Shown: in pieces, positions 26,400 through 39,460 of the stretch
How positions within the stretch are numbered: position 1 is the stretch's first letter
How the letters are laid out: the number at the start of each line of letters is the position of its first letter
DNA from: Octopus bimaculoides
Lineage: Eukaryota
NCBI RefSeq assembly: GCF_001194135.2
Contig: NC_068994.1
Location: forward strand, 52,435,093-52,498,749
Length of the DNA: 63,657 nucleotides
Direction: 5' to 3'
The notes under the pieces: model-generated
Seen by the model: only the letters and a program-made list of their open reading frames with translations
Database searches by the model: none
What the model was told of the DNA's origin: nothing
Position numbers and translations under genes: made by a program

Positions 26400-27479
26400 A
26401 TCTTCTTTCCTCTTTTTATATTTTCATCATCATCATCGTCGTCGTCGTCGTCATCGTTGTCATCATATATATGTATGGGTCGTCATTTAGCCAGTAGATA
26501 ACATTCGCTGGAGTATTTCGCAGTTCTCACTGGAAATAGATTCAAAATTAGTTTTTCTGGTGGAGATGGTTAAAGCTAATAATATTTATTATTGAATCTT
26601 TACAGAATTCAAATACAACAGGTGATGTTCTCAGCAATCAGGGAGCGCCGATAGTCAGATAACGTACAATAACCGTTTAAATAAATATTTTTTGTGTAAA
26701 AGTGCTAATAAAAATATTATTGAATTTCTTGATATAATTCAGCGAAGAATCACTGTTTGTTTAACGAAGAAAGCATTATAATGGTCCAATTTGATTCTGC
26801 CTTTTCAAATTTCACAAATATTAAACAACTTTATTCAATAAACATTAAACACTATTATGTTAAACTAATTTTAATTAAGAATCGACTAAATTACTTATTG
26901 ATTATCTGCCTTTCAACAATGGAACACTGTCAACGGTATTGAAAAACGAAAAACTATCTTCGTTTTCTTTACCGATAGTCTTTTTTACTTTTCTTATACT
27001 ACCGCAATAACGCCAAAATGTAATTATTAATATGACATAGAATCAGATTTATCAAGCAAATATAATAAAACTGTCTTTTTTCTCTTTTTAATTAATGGTT
27101 TTGTCTGGAATAAAGTCCTTTCAGGCGATCCGAAATTCGTAAGATCAACCCTGTTATGGTTCCAGTTGAATGGTTTCAACATTGGGACACAAGAAACTCT
27201 GTTTTTTACTTAATGTTTTACTTAATATTGTATCACAGTTTCTCCATTATCAAACGCTTTTTAGTCTTTCTAAGTATATTTTATATTTATAGTTTGCGTA
27301 TAACCTTCGATATGTCTCTTTTCAACCTGTTCTTGTTTTCATCAATGTAAGGTGAGAATGTTCATAATCTACTTGCACGTGCATTATGAAACCTACATCA
27401 CCTATCTATGAGATAAAAAATAAAAACAACGCTTCTCAGATACATGGTTTCCGGTTCCATTCCACTGCACTCTACCTCG

Positions 27480-27920
27480 AAAATATCTCTCCTTTTGCCA
27501 GTTCTCGAGTGATTATACGTGGATATTTCTAAATGGTGATTGACCGTCATCGATGACAGATGGACGTCCACTACACTCACGCTCTTCAAGGCTCAAGTCT
27601 CCACTGCGAAATCGAGCTGACCACTCATTGGTCACCATACGTTTCGCTGATATCGTGAGCAGTTTCAGCTGCTTTACGTCCTTTTTGAAGTTGAGTAGCA
27701 AAATTGCTCGAATATCGCACTTTGACAGTTTCATTTCAGGTGATTGTAACAGCAGTGAAAAAGATATCAATGTTAATTTATTGATGCATTTGGGCGAGTC
27801 TATGTCTGCATTATCAGATAATAAAAAAAAAAAACATGTTTAAAAACAATTCAAAACTGCGAAAATCCGGTACAAATTCTTCATGGTTCAAAAAAGGTGC
27901 ATACTTTTTACTCAACCTGA
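27480..27920 (-). mobile_element. Mariner 5' fragment (TIR plus HTH region of transposase)
   Basis: TA-flanked TIR-like TCAGGTTGAGTAAAAAGT. Translation MKLSKCDIRAILLLNFKK...WSARFRSGDLSLEERECSGRPSVID...PRIITRELAK is a Mos1-type N-terminus with frameshifts. Confidence 0.85.
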
Positions 27921-28640
27921 TACATGTAGACGAAGCAGCTTTACCTATATTGCCACTATATATTTTGCTAATGTATGTATTGCTTGAAGACATAAGCTAT
28001 AATTTAGAAGTCAGATTTGGTTAACACAAATTTGAATGACTTTATTTTTCGAAAGAAATTAAAAGCAGGTGTAGTTTCATATATAACATATGCATGTATG
28101 AGCAAAATTGGTATTGTGAATTTCAGGAACTCTCCTATATACATAGCAGTGATCTACTCTCTAGATGGCTGTTTTGCCTCATGTTGTGTCTAGTTGAAAG
28201 TACAAGAAGTGTTTTCTAATCATGGTCTGAAAGCACAGTAATACCATTAAATCTCTATCATATCCCCCATTAATGGCAGGTCTGTTTGAAATCTTTGCTG
28301 CAGCTACTATATGTTCTATCAATGGGTTGAAGTCTTCTAAATCACGTAATGTCTGTTTTCTTTCTTTCTTTTTCTGCCTTCTGTTTACATATGTATGTAT
28401 ACGTGGGTATTGGTGACTTGTCTGTATAGATAACATATGCGTACATATACGTACATAATTTTAAATAATTATTACCTTTGATGGTTTTTATTCCCATGCT
28501 GACCACTTGATAAGATCAATATTTTAAATATCGATCTTATCCTTATTTATATAAATATATATATATATATATATAAATATATNNNNNNNNNNNNNNNNNN
28601 NNNNNNNNNNNNNNNNNNNNNNNNNNNNNNNNNNNNNNNN

Positions 28641-28679
<39 letters not shown>

Positions 28680-29277
28680 TGTATATATACATACAGACAT
28701 GCACAGGCAGACACACACACATACAATCAAATAAATTACGATACTATGCAGATCGCAAGAGAGTCAGTCTTAAGCAAAGTTAAATCTTTAGTCTGCCTCG
28801 TGCCAGAAGCATGTGGAAACGAAATACGTAATATTGCAATTCACTCATTCCAATATACTTTCTCTTATCACGCAACGTTATAAGCTTTTGAAATACTAAA
28901 TGTAATAACGCGAATATATACATAAACAAATGCATATTCACACACACACATATACACACACAGACGTACGCACACATACACACATATATACATACACTCA
29001 TATATACACACACATAGATATTTATACACTCATATACACATACACACACATATATATATGCATACGAGCATGTCTAGATATGCAACAATATGCATGAGAA
29101 TGCATACATAAAGCAAAATATAGAGATGTGCACGTATAAATACATACATACATACATACATGCACAGATACAAAAATACCCTCTTGTTGATGTTGAAATT
29201 CCATACATACGTACATACATACATACATACATACATACATACGCACGTACGTACGTACATACATACCTACATACATA

Positions 29278-29427
29278 GGGGCCCAGGCGTTTAGATCAAC
29301 CGCAGTACGCAACTGGTACTTAATTTATCGACGCCGAGCTGGCAGAAACGTTATCACGCCGAGTGAAATGCTTAGCGATATTTCGTCTGTCTTCACGCTA
29401 TGGTTTCAAAACCGCTTAGGTCGACTT
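29278..29427. mobile_element. SINE family S1 with its 5' half inverted relative to its 3' half
   Basis: 29278-29332 is the S1 3' part on the minus strand. 29333-29427 is the S1 head through gtcgactt on the plus strand. Confidence 0.75.
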
Positions 29428-29817
29428 ATATATATAAATATATATATATCACGGAAGAAATGTTTCTGTAAACATATTTTGTATATATTTCTGCTGACAG
29501 CTATGCGTTGAATCATCTGATAAGATCCTGTAAGAGATATATGTGGCTGGTTGTCACAAATAACTACCTTAATAAATAAATTTGCGTTCGCAGTATGACT
29601 CCCTTATAGTTTTGAATCCCTTATTTCAAAGAAATTTCAACATAATATATCGTGTAATATACTTTTGAGTGGATGTGTATATGTGTGCTTGTTTCTATAC
29701 TTTTAATATGTATTGGTGTCTGTGCGATCGTGCGTGTATCAGAGTGTTTGTAACTTTACGTATATGGGGATACATACGCTTGTGTTAGTACGTGTCTGTA
29801 TCTCATGCATATTTATT

Positions 29818-29871
<54 letters not shown>

Positions 29872-30035
29872 GGGCGTATGTGGGTGTCTTATAAATGCAT
29901 ATTGCGAAATACAGCTGCTGAATTCCCGATAGATAAGTGCAAAAGGTTATTTTTATGCAGTTTCCGATTCTGCATATTAAGCATCGGAGAATTACTTTTC
30001 TCTTGTGTTATATATATATTATATATGTGTGTGTG

Positions 30036-30066
<31 letters not shown>

Positions 30067-30951
30067 TTATGTATGTGTGTGTATTACACACACACATATA
30101 TATAATATATATGTATGTATTTTGTTTGACTCTCTACTCCGTATTGCCTGACAAGATAAATGGTTTAATATGATCCTGTCAGACATAAGCTATTACACAC
30201 TACATGGACGGTGAGTTATGATTATGTTAATACAAATACGGGCGATTACTTTGCCAGATGCAGTTGATCACTTAAATATAACAGTACGGTCAGTATTTAC
30301 TTACCACCTAGATCTCATTTGTACTTCCTTTTTTTTCTCTTTTTTGAGTTGAAATTGGGTTCCAGTCATATTTATGTATTGTTTTCTTTGTGGTTCCAAA
30401 TACCAAATACATTTGCTATAGATTTTTTCCCCGATATTAGGTAACATTGTTCATTTATATCAGCAGGAAAAATTCAGCGATTGCGTGAGGATAATGACTT
30501 CGGCGCATATAATAGCAGTATGATAGGAATTTAATACGTTTTTACTACAGATTAAAACTGCATTCCATTACCGTTTCTTTGCTCATGTTTACCTCACTAT
30601 CTTCTGGCTATAGACTATAATACGCGGATGTCCATATACTCTGATGTATATCCATTGGAGCACTCTAAACAAATCTTTTTATGATACTGTGATGATAAAA
30701 TATGTGACTACCATGCTATCGGCTCTTAAAAATGTTTGTGCTATAATAATTGGTTGTGTAGTTCTTGAGTTTTAGGGAAGCACACAGACAGACAGACAGA
30801 CAAACACATATTCTCATTTNNNNNNNNNNNNNNNNNNNNNNNNNNNNNNNNNNNNNNNNNNNNNNNNNNNNNNNNNNNNNNNNNNNNNNNNNNNNTATAT
30901 ATATATATATATATACATATGTATATATACGTAAATATACATACACACATA

Positions 30952-30995
<44 letters not shown>

Positions 30996-31179
30996 TGTAT
31001 ATATGTATATATATATATATGTATATGTATGTGTGGATGTGTATATATGTATATACAAGTATATGTATGTGTGGATGTGTATATATAGAAATATATATAG
31101 ACACACGCACACACGCACACATATATACACACGCACACATATATACACACTCACACATATGTATATATATGTAAATATG

Positions 31180-32000
31180 TAGTACGGAGAATGTCAGGAA
31201 GAAAGGTTATATAAATTGCTGCCTGTCAATTATACGAAGTTACCTGATAATATGTAAAAGTTTCACTGAAAGAAACTCCGGACTGAGGTATTACGAATTA
31301 TCGATATACTTGTAATACGAAATTTGACAGAAGTGTCAATATAACGAAGACCTACCTTCATAGAGAAAAAAAAAACAACAAAACCATACGTTTGGAAAGA
31401 AAGTAACGGAAAGGAATTAAATTCAACAAAGCAAAAACAGAAAACTATTCACAGAAATGTTTGTGCATGGTGGGGTGTATTCGTAGGAACATCTAAGGAA
31501 TGGTGAAAACTTTTGGAAAAAGTAACCTGTCTGGAGTCGAAATTTAAAGATGTTTTACTTCCGTTCTTTCATAGTGAATTATCGTTAATCTTCATCTCCC
31601 CCCCCCCATCTTTACCTATTAATCCTGGGAGGTTTATGGAAGTAGAGTTCTCAAGTACCCCCTCTATAGGTCTATTAGGAGTAACCGCTATTACAATTTG
31701 CGGCTATATCCTCAAGCATCACCAACTGACACTACGGATATTATCCACCTGAGGCTATGAATATTATCCAACTGTCTTATTCTTGGTATACCCTTGAGTC
31801 TGTTACCGGTTGGTTCGGCTTGAAGAGACCGTCTTGAAATTCTTTCCTGCGATATTTTAATTACATGGGCGTAGGATTGGAGCGTTGGCCACTAAATGCG
31901 GAGAAGTACTGTTTCGACCTGAAGAGACTCCGTATATGTCTGAGCTATGCAAAACACCGATTAACATTATTCTAGAGAAACTTCGAGAAACCCTATTTCA
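31180..32000 (+). mobile_element. Decayed Penelope pLTR-like region with broken hammerhead half-motifs
   Basis: CTGAG-GTATTAC..GTAATAC-GAAA (31283-31322), GGAGTCGAAA (about 31533) and CTGAAGA-GACTCC (31919). Confidence 0.3.
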
Positions 32001-33447
32001 TTATCATAACTATTGGAACAAAAATATTTACTGATATTCGTTTCTATTTCGGATAAAATGTTTGCTATTAGAAAAAGATGTTTGTCATCTTGTGTTCATA
32101 TTTTTTGAAGATGTAAGTCGAATTTGGATTCGGCTGAATTATAACTCAGAACCAAAAGAGCCGGGAGAAATACCGCACGTCACGTTTTCCTACGCATTAG
32201 AGATTCGAAAGAGAGAATGTAGAGTAAGGGATTGAAAGAGAACTGATAAACCGTAATTTTAACATATACGAGCTGATCACTCAAAAGATAAATTTTCAAT
32301 ATGGTTTGATTTTGTTTTATGAGTGTTGCCTGGTTATGAAAAAGTTAATGCCATTGCTTTCGCAGTCTCTCTCAGATCAATGATACAGACGCGATATATT
32401 GTCCTTCTTGAATAAGTATATGTGGGTGAATCCACTAAAAAGCACAGAAGTACAAAATTCCAGCAAGGCAAAAAATGGCAAAGTCTTCACATCTATGTTT
32501 GTAGAGGGTACGATAAAATAAGTATGACAGACGAGAGGATGAGCGACAAGCTAACTGTGCGCAGTTAAGTGGGACGGGAGCATTCCACTGCGCTGAAACC
32601 ACGGCAGTAGCAGGAGATAAGGTAGTAGCAGGAGATAAGGTAGAAAGAAGAGAAAGCACAAGTTTATGCCTGTAGCAAGTGATGTCTTCCTGAAATATGT
32701 AACTTTAAAGATCTGTCATCTCTTAGAAATGAGTAGACCCCTTCTAATCTCTTTCACGGGATTATTCACACATTAACGAAGATTTCTACCCTTAATCGAG
32801 ATGATATTTTAATGTCATCTGCTTTTGAAATGCGTCTGCATTAACTAACTCCCAAACTAGGATTCGACACCACTTACTAAGCATAAACAGAATATGAAGA
32901 TACATTAAATATATTCTAACAAGCCAATAAATGTAATACCAACCGATTGTGACAATAAATATGTTGTATTTACATCTTATAAAGTGTCACGTATTAAAGG
33001 AAAGTATAGAAAACTATACTCAAGGGCAGAAGAACAAATTCTGCCTGCTGTCAAAGCAATTGACTCTAGAATTCATGGAGACAAACTAGCAAAGATTTGG
33101 TATATGTGAAGCGACGAGTAGGAAGCATGCCTGATAATGTAAAACAAAAAATCAATACAGATGAACATATATGTTCATATGTATCTAGAGGCAGACACAC
33201 ACACTTCTTTACACACACATATATAGAAATATGATATATGATATATGTATATGTATGCATGCATATATGTAGGTATGTCTATAAGGAATTAGTATATGGG
33301 AAGTGATGACAAGTAGACATGTCTGATAGTGTTAAACCGAGTGCATATCTACATAGACATACACACAGGTGTGTAGGTATGCATATGCATAAGTATTTGT
33401 ATATATATATATATATGCATATGTATATGTATATATATATATATATC

Positions 33448-33484
<37 letters not shown>

Positions 33485-33762
33485 ATAAGTATATGTATAT
33501 ATATATATATACAATGTTAAATCTCTGAACGAGGTGTTAACAGTAACTGCACGATAAAGTGAAGTATATTTGCCATTTAAATGTGGCTGACCCCTAAGGG
33601 TGGATGTTACTGTATATAAATATATACATATATAGACATACATACAAACGTTCCTTTTTCGCTGCTTCGCATATCCTGATTCCTTATACAGACATACATA
33701 CTAGCATGCATGCATACTTGTGCATATACCTATATATATATATATATACATGTGTGTGCGTT

Positions 33763-33802
<40 letters not shown>

Positions 33803-34547
33803 TGTGTGTGTGTATGTATGTTTATCATGTTTATCATAAAAGTACAATCTACGTAAGTTGACAATAACTTTGGAATTTGGCCAGAATTCTGGCGTTGTAT
33901 GAATATAAATGATAATAAATATATACTGTATCGGAAGTTCCACCCATAATTCTTTATTTCTTTAATAACTATCTTCAAAGCATTTCTTCTTTTCAACTTT
34001 CCAGCTCACTTCTCTAATTCTTTGTCTGAGGTAATATCATATTTTTATGTTGCACAATGCAATTGAATATTAAGAGACTACAGAAAAAAAAAAAAGACAG
34101 CTCGTAACATAGACAATAATGTATACCACCTATGGCTAAACGTCTCTTAGAAAATACATAACACAATTATTTACTTGTCTTTTCGTTTCAAAATAGGCTT
34201 CACAAACGCCGTAAAAAAAATGATATAAAGAATACACCTGTATTAATCGTGTCTGTCAACTATAAAGAGTTTCTCTCTCATTTTTTCGTTGTCTTTCTCC
34301 CCCTCCCCCTCTCTTTTTCACTCTGCCTTTCTGTCTCTATCTGTCTGTTTGTGTCTCTCTCTCACGTTATCTCTGTATATCATATCTGAATGTAAGCAAC
34401 GTTATTTCAATTTCTTTGTCATTGTATTGAATTAGTAACTGTCCATCCGTTTTCACTTGACGTAAAAGTGAAGAACATTTACCATTGCGTAAAAATGAGC
34501 AATAATCTTTAATAAAACTACATTCGACTAGGCTGATATATATATCA

Positions 34548-34739
34548 TTTTCTACACTAGGCATAAGACCCGAAATTTTTGGGGAAGGGGTCAGTCTATT
34601 AGATAGATCCCAGTACGCAACTGGTACTTAAATTATGGAGCCCGAAATGATGAAACGCAAAGACATCAGCGTAATTTGAACTCAGAACGTAAAGTATTTC
34701 GCCCGCCGTACTAACGTTTCTGCCAGCTCGCCGCCTTGG
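34548..34739 (-). mobile_element. SINE family S1 with a 23-bp TSD
   Basis: S1 homology on the minus strand. Flanks cgactaggctgatatatatatca (34525-34547) / cgactaggctgaggtatatatca (34740-34762), 21/23. Confidence 0.88.
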
Positions 34740-35277
34740 CGACTAGGCTGAGGTATATATCACCATATTAAATATCTTAATCTGTTAAATTCTAATTGCA
34801 GATCTAGATGAAGCTGCAGCTAAATTTTCACTGGATCATTAGTTGTATTTCGATTGGGAACCTTCCAGAATAAAACAGGTAACAACAAAAACAAAAGTTG
34901 TAAGAGTAACCCAACCAAAAGAGCAGTGGTTATGCTATCAAGTAGGCTCATACGAGTGGGTTCATAAGTGTCTCTGTAGTTAAAGTTTGAGTCCACTGTG
35001 TGGCACATTGAGCCGGTGATTGGTAGTATGACTAGAGATTTGTCAGATGAATGTAATTGATAGAAATACTATTTAGAGGACTGCCATGTATCTATTTGCC
35101 TGCATGTATGTATGTGTGTATGTATGTATGTATGTATGTATGTATGTATTATGTATGTATGTATGTATGCATGTATGTATTATGTATGTATGTATGTATG
35201 AATGTAAGTGCGTGTGTGTATGCATGTATGTATGTATGTATGTATGTATGTATGTATGAATGTAAGTGCATGTCTAC

Positions 35278-35470
35278 AAATATTCATGAGAGACCTCCGC
35301 TAGACAGGAAGTATGAATATCAACTGCGAGATATTAAATCACATCCAATTTGCGAGTACTCATGTCAGAAACCACAGATCACTTGCAGAGCACGCCGACA
35401 GAGCTGACTACCCGTAGCACAGACCTTAACATGTACCGCATGGAAATAAACTACATGAAGTCTGCAAACG
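35278..35470 (+). mobile_element. RTE-like LINE RT fragment (decayed)
   Basis: HPICE (~RPICNLRFADD) followed by ELTTRSTDLNMYRMEINYMKS (~ELTTRL...MYGMEISxEKS). Confidence 0.45.
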
Positions 35471-35603
35471 TAGGATATGGCTGATTAGAGGTGGGGCGGA
35501 AACTACGAAATCAAGGACATGAAGGAGTTAGGACAAAGTCTAGTTAGGGCACACACTGAACATATGACATGGACACGCTGAAATCTGAAGAATAAGACCA
35601 AGA

Positions 35604-35671
<68 letters not shown>

Positions 35672-38225
35672 TATAAATGTATATATGTCTATATACATAT
35701 ATGCATATGCATATATGTATATATGTACATATACAACTGCTCGTTGTTCATTCACCTTTGTCTTTTGCTTTCCTGTAAATTTCAACTACACACACATATA
35801 TACATATGCACTTGAAAAAAAAGTTATCTAAGTAAGAACAGGTAAAATCGAAACGAATTCAGTGTCAGTTTGACACCTCACTTTATCTCCCCCGACATCA
35901 ATGTTCTTCTTCCGTTTTGAGTCGATATGATTGACTAAATCTCTTATACTCGTTTCTTTAACTACGAAGCGGTTAAGTTATTGAAAGCAACCAAATGATA
36001 GTGACCATTGTAGAACGTATTATCAGAACAAAATAGCAAAATAAGATGTTGAATTAGTTGTGATATTATTAGACAAGTTAAAGCGTCAAGAAAAAAATTC
36101 AAGACATTTATAAAGATCTTCATGATATTTGAATAAGAAAATATAATACAGCTACATCCAAGTTGACTTACGAGAAAAATTTGGCAAATAAATAGGAAAC
36201 CAACAGCAAACAACCAAAATGTTAACAAGATAAATATAATTAGGCTGTTTGTGGAGAAGAGAAACAGCATAATTTAATGTTTCTGTCAAGAGTAAACTCC
36301 ATTGAAAAACAAAAAAAAGGTGGGGAGGGGGAATTGTTAGTGAAATATTTAATGTTAATTTCAATGAAACATTATTGTGTTTCGCCACGCAGCTTTACTA
36401 AAACCGACATTGTTTTTCACTTCAAAATTATTTCCAATTGTTTTCTCCTCTCTGCTCTTCATGAAGAATCTCTACCCAGCAGTTTGAATACCTCACCTAT
36501 CGATTCTTTACAGAATAATTACATTAACCTTAGACTCTTCTTCGTTATTTGGCTGATTTTCGTATTTCGTTTATTTTGCTTTTTTTTTTCCGATTCCTTG
36601 TCTCTGCTTCCATAAATTTCTATTAATCTACTTTTTTTTCTACTAATTTATTAAAATTTTTGTGATGTCGTACAATTGTTTCAACGTTTTCACCCGCCAA
36701 ATAACATCACCAGAATATTCATAATTTCTATTAACTCTTCTGTTAATGCATGTCTGAATCTTTATTATTCTCTTAATGATTTCACTTGTTGGATTGTGGC
36801 CTAGCTGATGCAGCTTCTTGAAGCGTTTGAGTCTGTGTTCTTTAACCTAGCCCTTTACATGCTACTTATCTAATTGTCCCCTGAAAATATTAAATATAGT
36901 CATGATCTTTGAATAAGAAATTCAGTCGTGTTTTGTTACATTCTTTTATCTTTATTTGTTCTGTTGTCTTTTTCTCTCTCGTGACTTAGATATTCCATTT
37001 ACATTCATTTACAGCCGAGATAACTCCTGGATATATATATTACCATAATGAAACAATCACTACAAACTATATTGTTGTTTCATTTCTTATTTTTGTATGA
37101 TTGATTTTGCTTTTGTAAGTTTCATTCTTATTTACTCGGTACTGTTGTTACTGCAGAGTGTGTGTGCGTGTGTATGTGTGTGTGTGTGTCTGTGTGTTTT
37201 ATAATTATTTTTATAGCTAAATAAGGTGGTATTCTGTGAGACACAGAAGATCATTAAGCAGAATAGATAGCTGAAATGTTACATTCTAGAATATTAGGTT
37301 CTGTGTTCAAAACCCCAAAAAGTCATCTTTAAGATTTGTTTTTCCGGAATCGACAAAATAAAGTGCCACGAAAATGATCTGAACCTAGAACACTCCGTTA
37401 TCTAAACTCACCAACCGCATGTCTTGCAACAAAAAGTACGGCAACGCCTGAGAGCCACAGCTTCACACTTTCCACTTTTCTCCCTCTTTGTTTCTCTCAG
37501 CCCACAACCGAACATACATACACAAGATAAACACAAACACCTATCTCTTGAACATTGCTACACCTTTCTCAAGAATAACCTCTCCCTCGCAAAATAAAAT
37601 CTATTTTGTTTTCAAATTTGTCTTTACCGTATTTAATAAACGTCATTAATAATTTTTAAAAAATCAATTGTCATTAAAATTCAAATGTAACTGACCACAA
37701 ACTAAAACAAACGTAAAACAAAATAAAAGACAGTAAGTCGACATAAATTCAGCGAAGAAATATATAAAGAACGTAACGGAAACAAGAATAGAAAACAACG
37801 ATAGCCTCAACAATGAAAAGAACACACGGAATTGGAAAATAGAAAACAATAGAGAAACATTAACAACTATAAAAACAACAATAAAAATGAATATCATAAG
37901 AAAAAGATAAACAGAAGAACTGTTCTTCTTTATCCACAACAATAATCGATGAAATCAAAAATAGCCGCAGCCATGGCTATAGAACAAGATATGCGTGTTT
38001 GTGTTAAGTGCTCTCTTTGACGAACATTATGCGAAGCTAGAAAGACTCCGTTATCTGAAAGTTCGAAGTACCATGAAACTGTTCTCATTGGTAAACGCAC
38101 CAATCGAAACAAAACGCATGTCTTGCAACATGGTTTCGGGTTCAGTCCCACTTCCCCACCATCTTGGATACGTGTCTTCTACTTTGCGAGCAAAGCGACG
38201 AAAACTTTGAGAAAGCTTGTCTCAT

Positions 38226-38495
38226 ATACAAGATGCATTCCAGAAGTTTTGAAACCTTTTCAAGACAGACATTTATTAATTTCAAAGAGGTAGAAAATTA
38301 TAATGTCTTCAAAGTAGAACCCTCTGACTTCAATGCACTTGTAACACTCCAGCAATTCTGTGAAGCCCCATGGAAATCCTTCAAAGCGATTGTGCCCAGG
38401 ATCCTTTTCACAAGCACCTTTCATCTTCTTAATATCTTCAAAATGGCTGCCCTTCAGGTTCTCTTTCAGCATAACAGCCGCAATTGAGGCCAATG
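38226..38495 (-). mobile_element. Mariner 3' fragment (transposase C-terminus plus TIR)
   Basis: LKENLKGSHFEDIKKMK...FTELLECYKCIEVRGFYFE matches the mariner C-terminus. TA-flanked TIR-like CAAGATGCATTCCAGAAGTTTTGA at about 38227. Confidence 0.8.
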
Positions 38496-39299
38496 AAAAA
38501 ATAATTGGGTAATTTAAGAAATAAGGAAGCTATTCTCACAGACAGACAAGGGCCCCAAATCAACAACAGGCTTGGCAGTCAATATATTCGCTAGCAACAT
38601 CTGGATGCGTGTGGGTATTTTCTTTATGACATGCTCATGTATTATTTATAAAAAAAAAGGGCAAGAGAAAACTAAAAAAAGGAAGAAAAAGGATAGAAGA
38701 AGGAGAAAAAAGGAAACTGCACGTATAATATATAACTTAGAAGCAGTGCTACGGATGTGCTAGCACACACGAGCCTGAGACATGGCCGCCCTCACGCACT
38801 TCTCACGAGGAATTCCAGAAGGAGCTTCGTGAGACCAGTGCAGAGACACTTCTGGGGAAAGAAAAAAAAGGGAAAAAAGGAAGAAGGAAGAAGGAAGAAA
38901 GAGAAGAAAAACCAGAAAAAAAGCCGTTGGAAAATCGATTGTAGCATTGACTCGATCAATCCCTTAGGATATGTGAAGAAGGAATTTTTATATTCGGAAA
39001 TATTATATCAGACTATGGATGATTAAATTACACCAGTTATTATAGTGAGTTGTTGTGCCATTCAAAACACATTATTACTATTTATTATTATTGGTTAATA
39101 ACAATATCTGCTTTACCAGACGATTTCACATCAGAAATCTTGTAAAACAAATTCATAAACGCAGTATCAAAATTCTCATTGCTTGCCCCTATATATATAT
39201 TTTTGTATTTCTGGAGGGTCATTGTGCCAGTAATTAACACACGAAGCGATTGTATTTCACTTCTTTAAATTAGTCAACTAGTTTGCCACTTACCCAATT

Positions 39300-39460
39300 T
39301 TCTAATAGACAGTTTGATTAATCATTCCGTCAATTAATCAATTATTGGTAGACGAAAGACCTTTGACAGCTGTAGCTGATTAGATGACGTGAAGATTAAT
39401 GAAACAATCGACTGGCTGATTGGTGAAATGGTTAATTAGTTAATTAATTTTAATAAAAGA
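39300..39460. promoter_or_regulatory. Candidate developmental enhancer (motif cluster)
   Basis: Unique sequence with TGATTAAT x2, CCTTTGA, TGACAG, CAGCTG, TGACGT, CTGATTGG and several TTAATTA. Confidence 0.3.

Noticed and set aside
32604-32643. 18-bp tandem duplication (also 43147-43173, 50187-50240, and direct repeats at 14287/14350)
   Set aside because: Ordinary local slippage; too few units and no spacers, so not CRISPR-like.
34820-35008. Minus-strand ORF with a transmembrane-like stretch (ITTALLVGLLLQLLFLLLPVLFW)
   Set aside because: Hydrophobicity follows from an A-rich opposite strand; no homology or convincing splice context.
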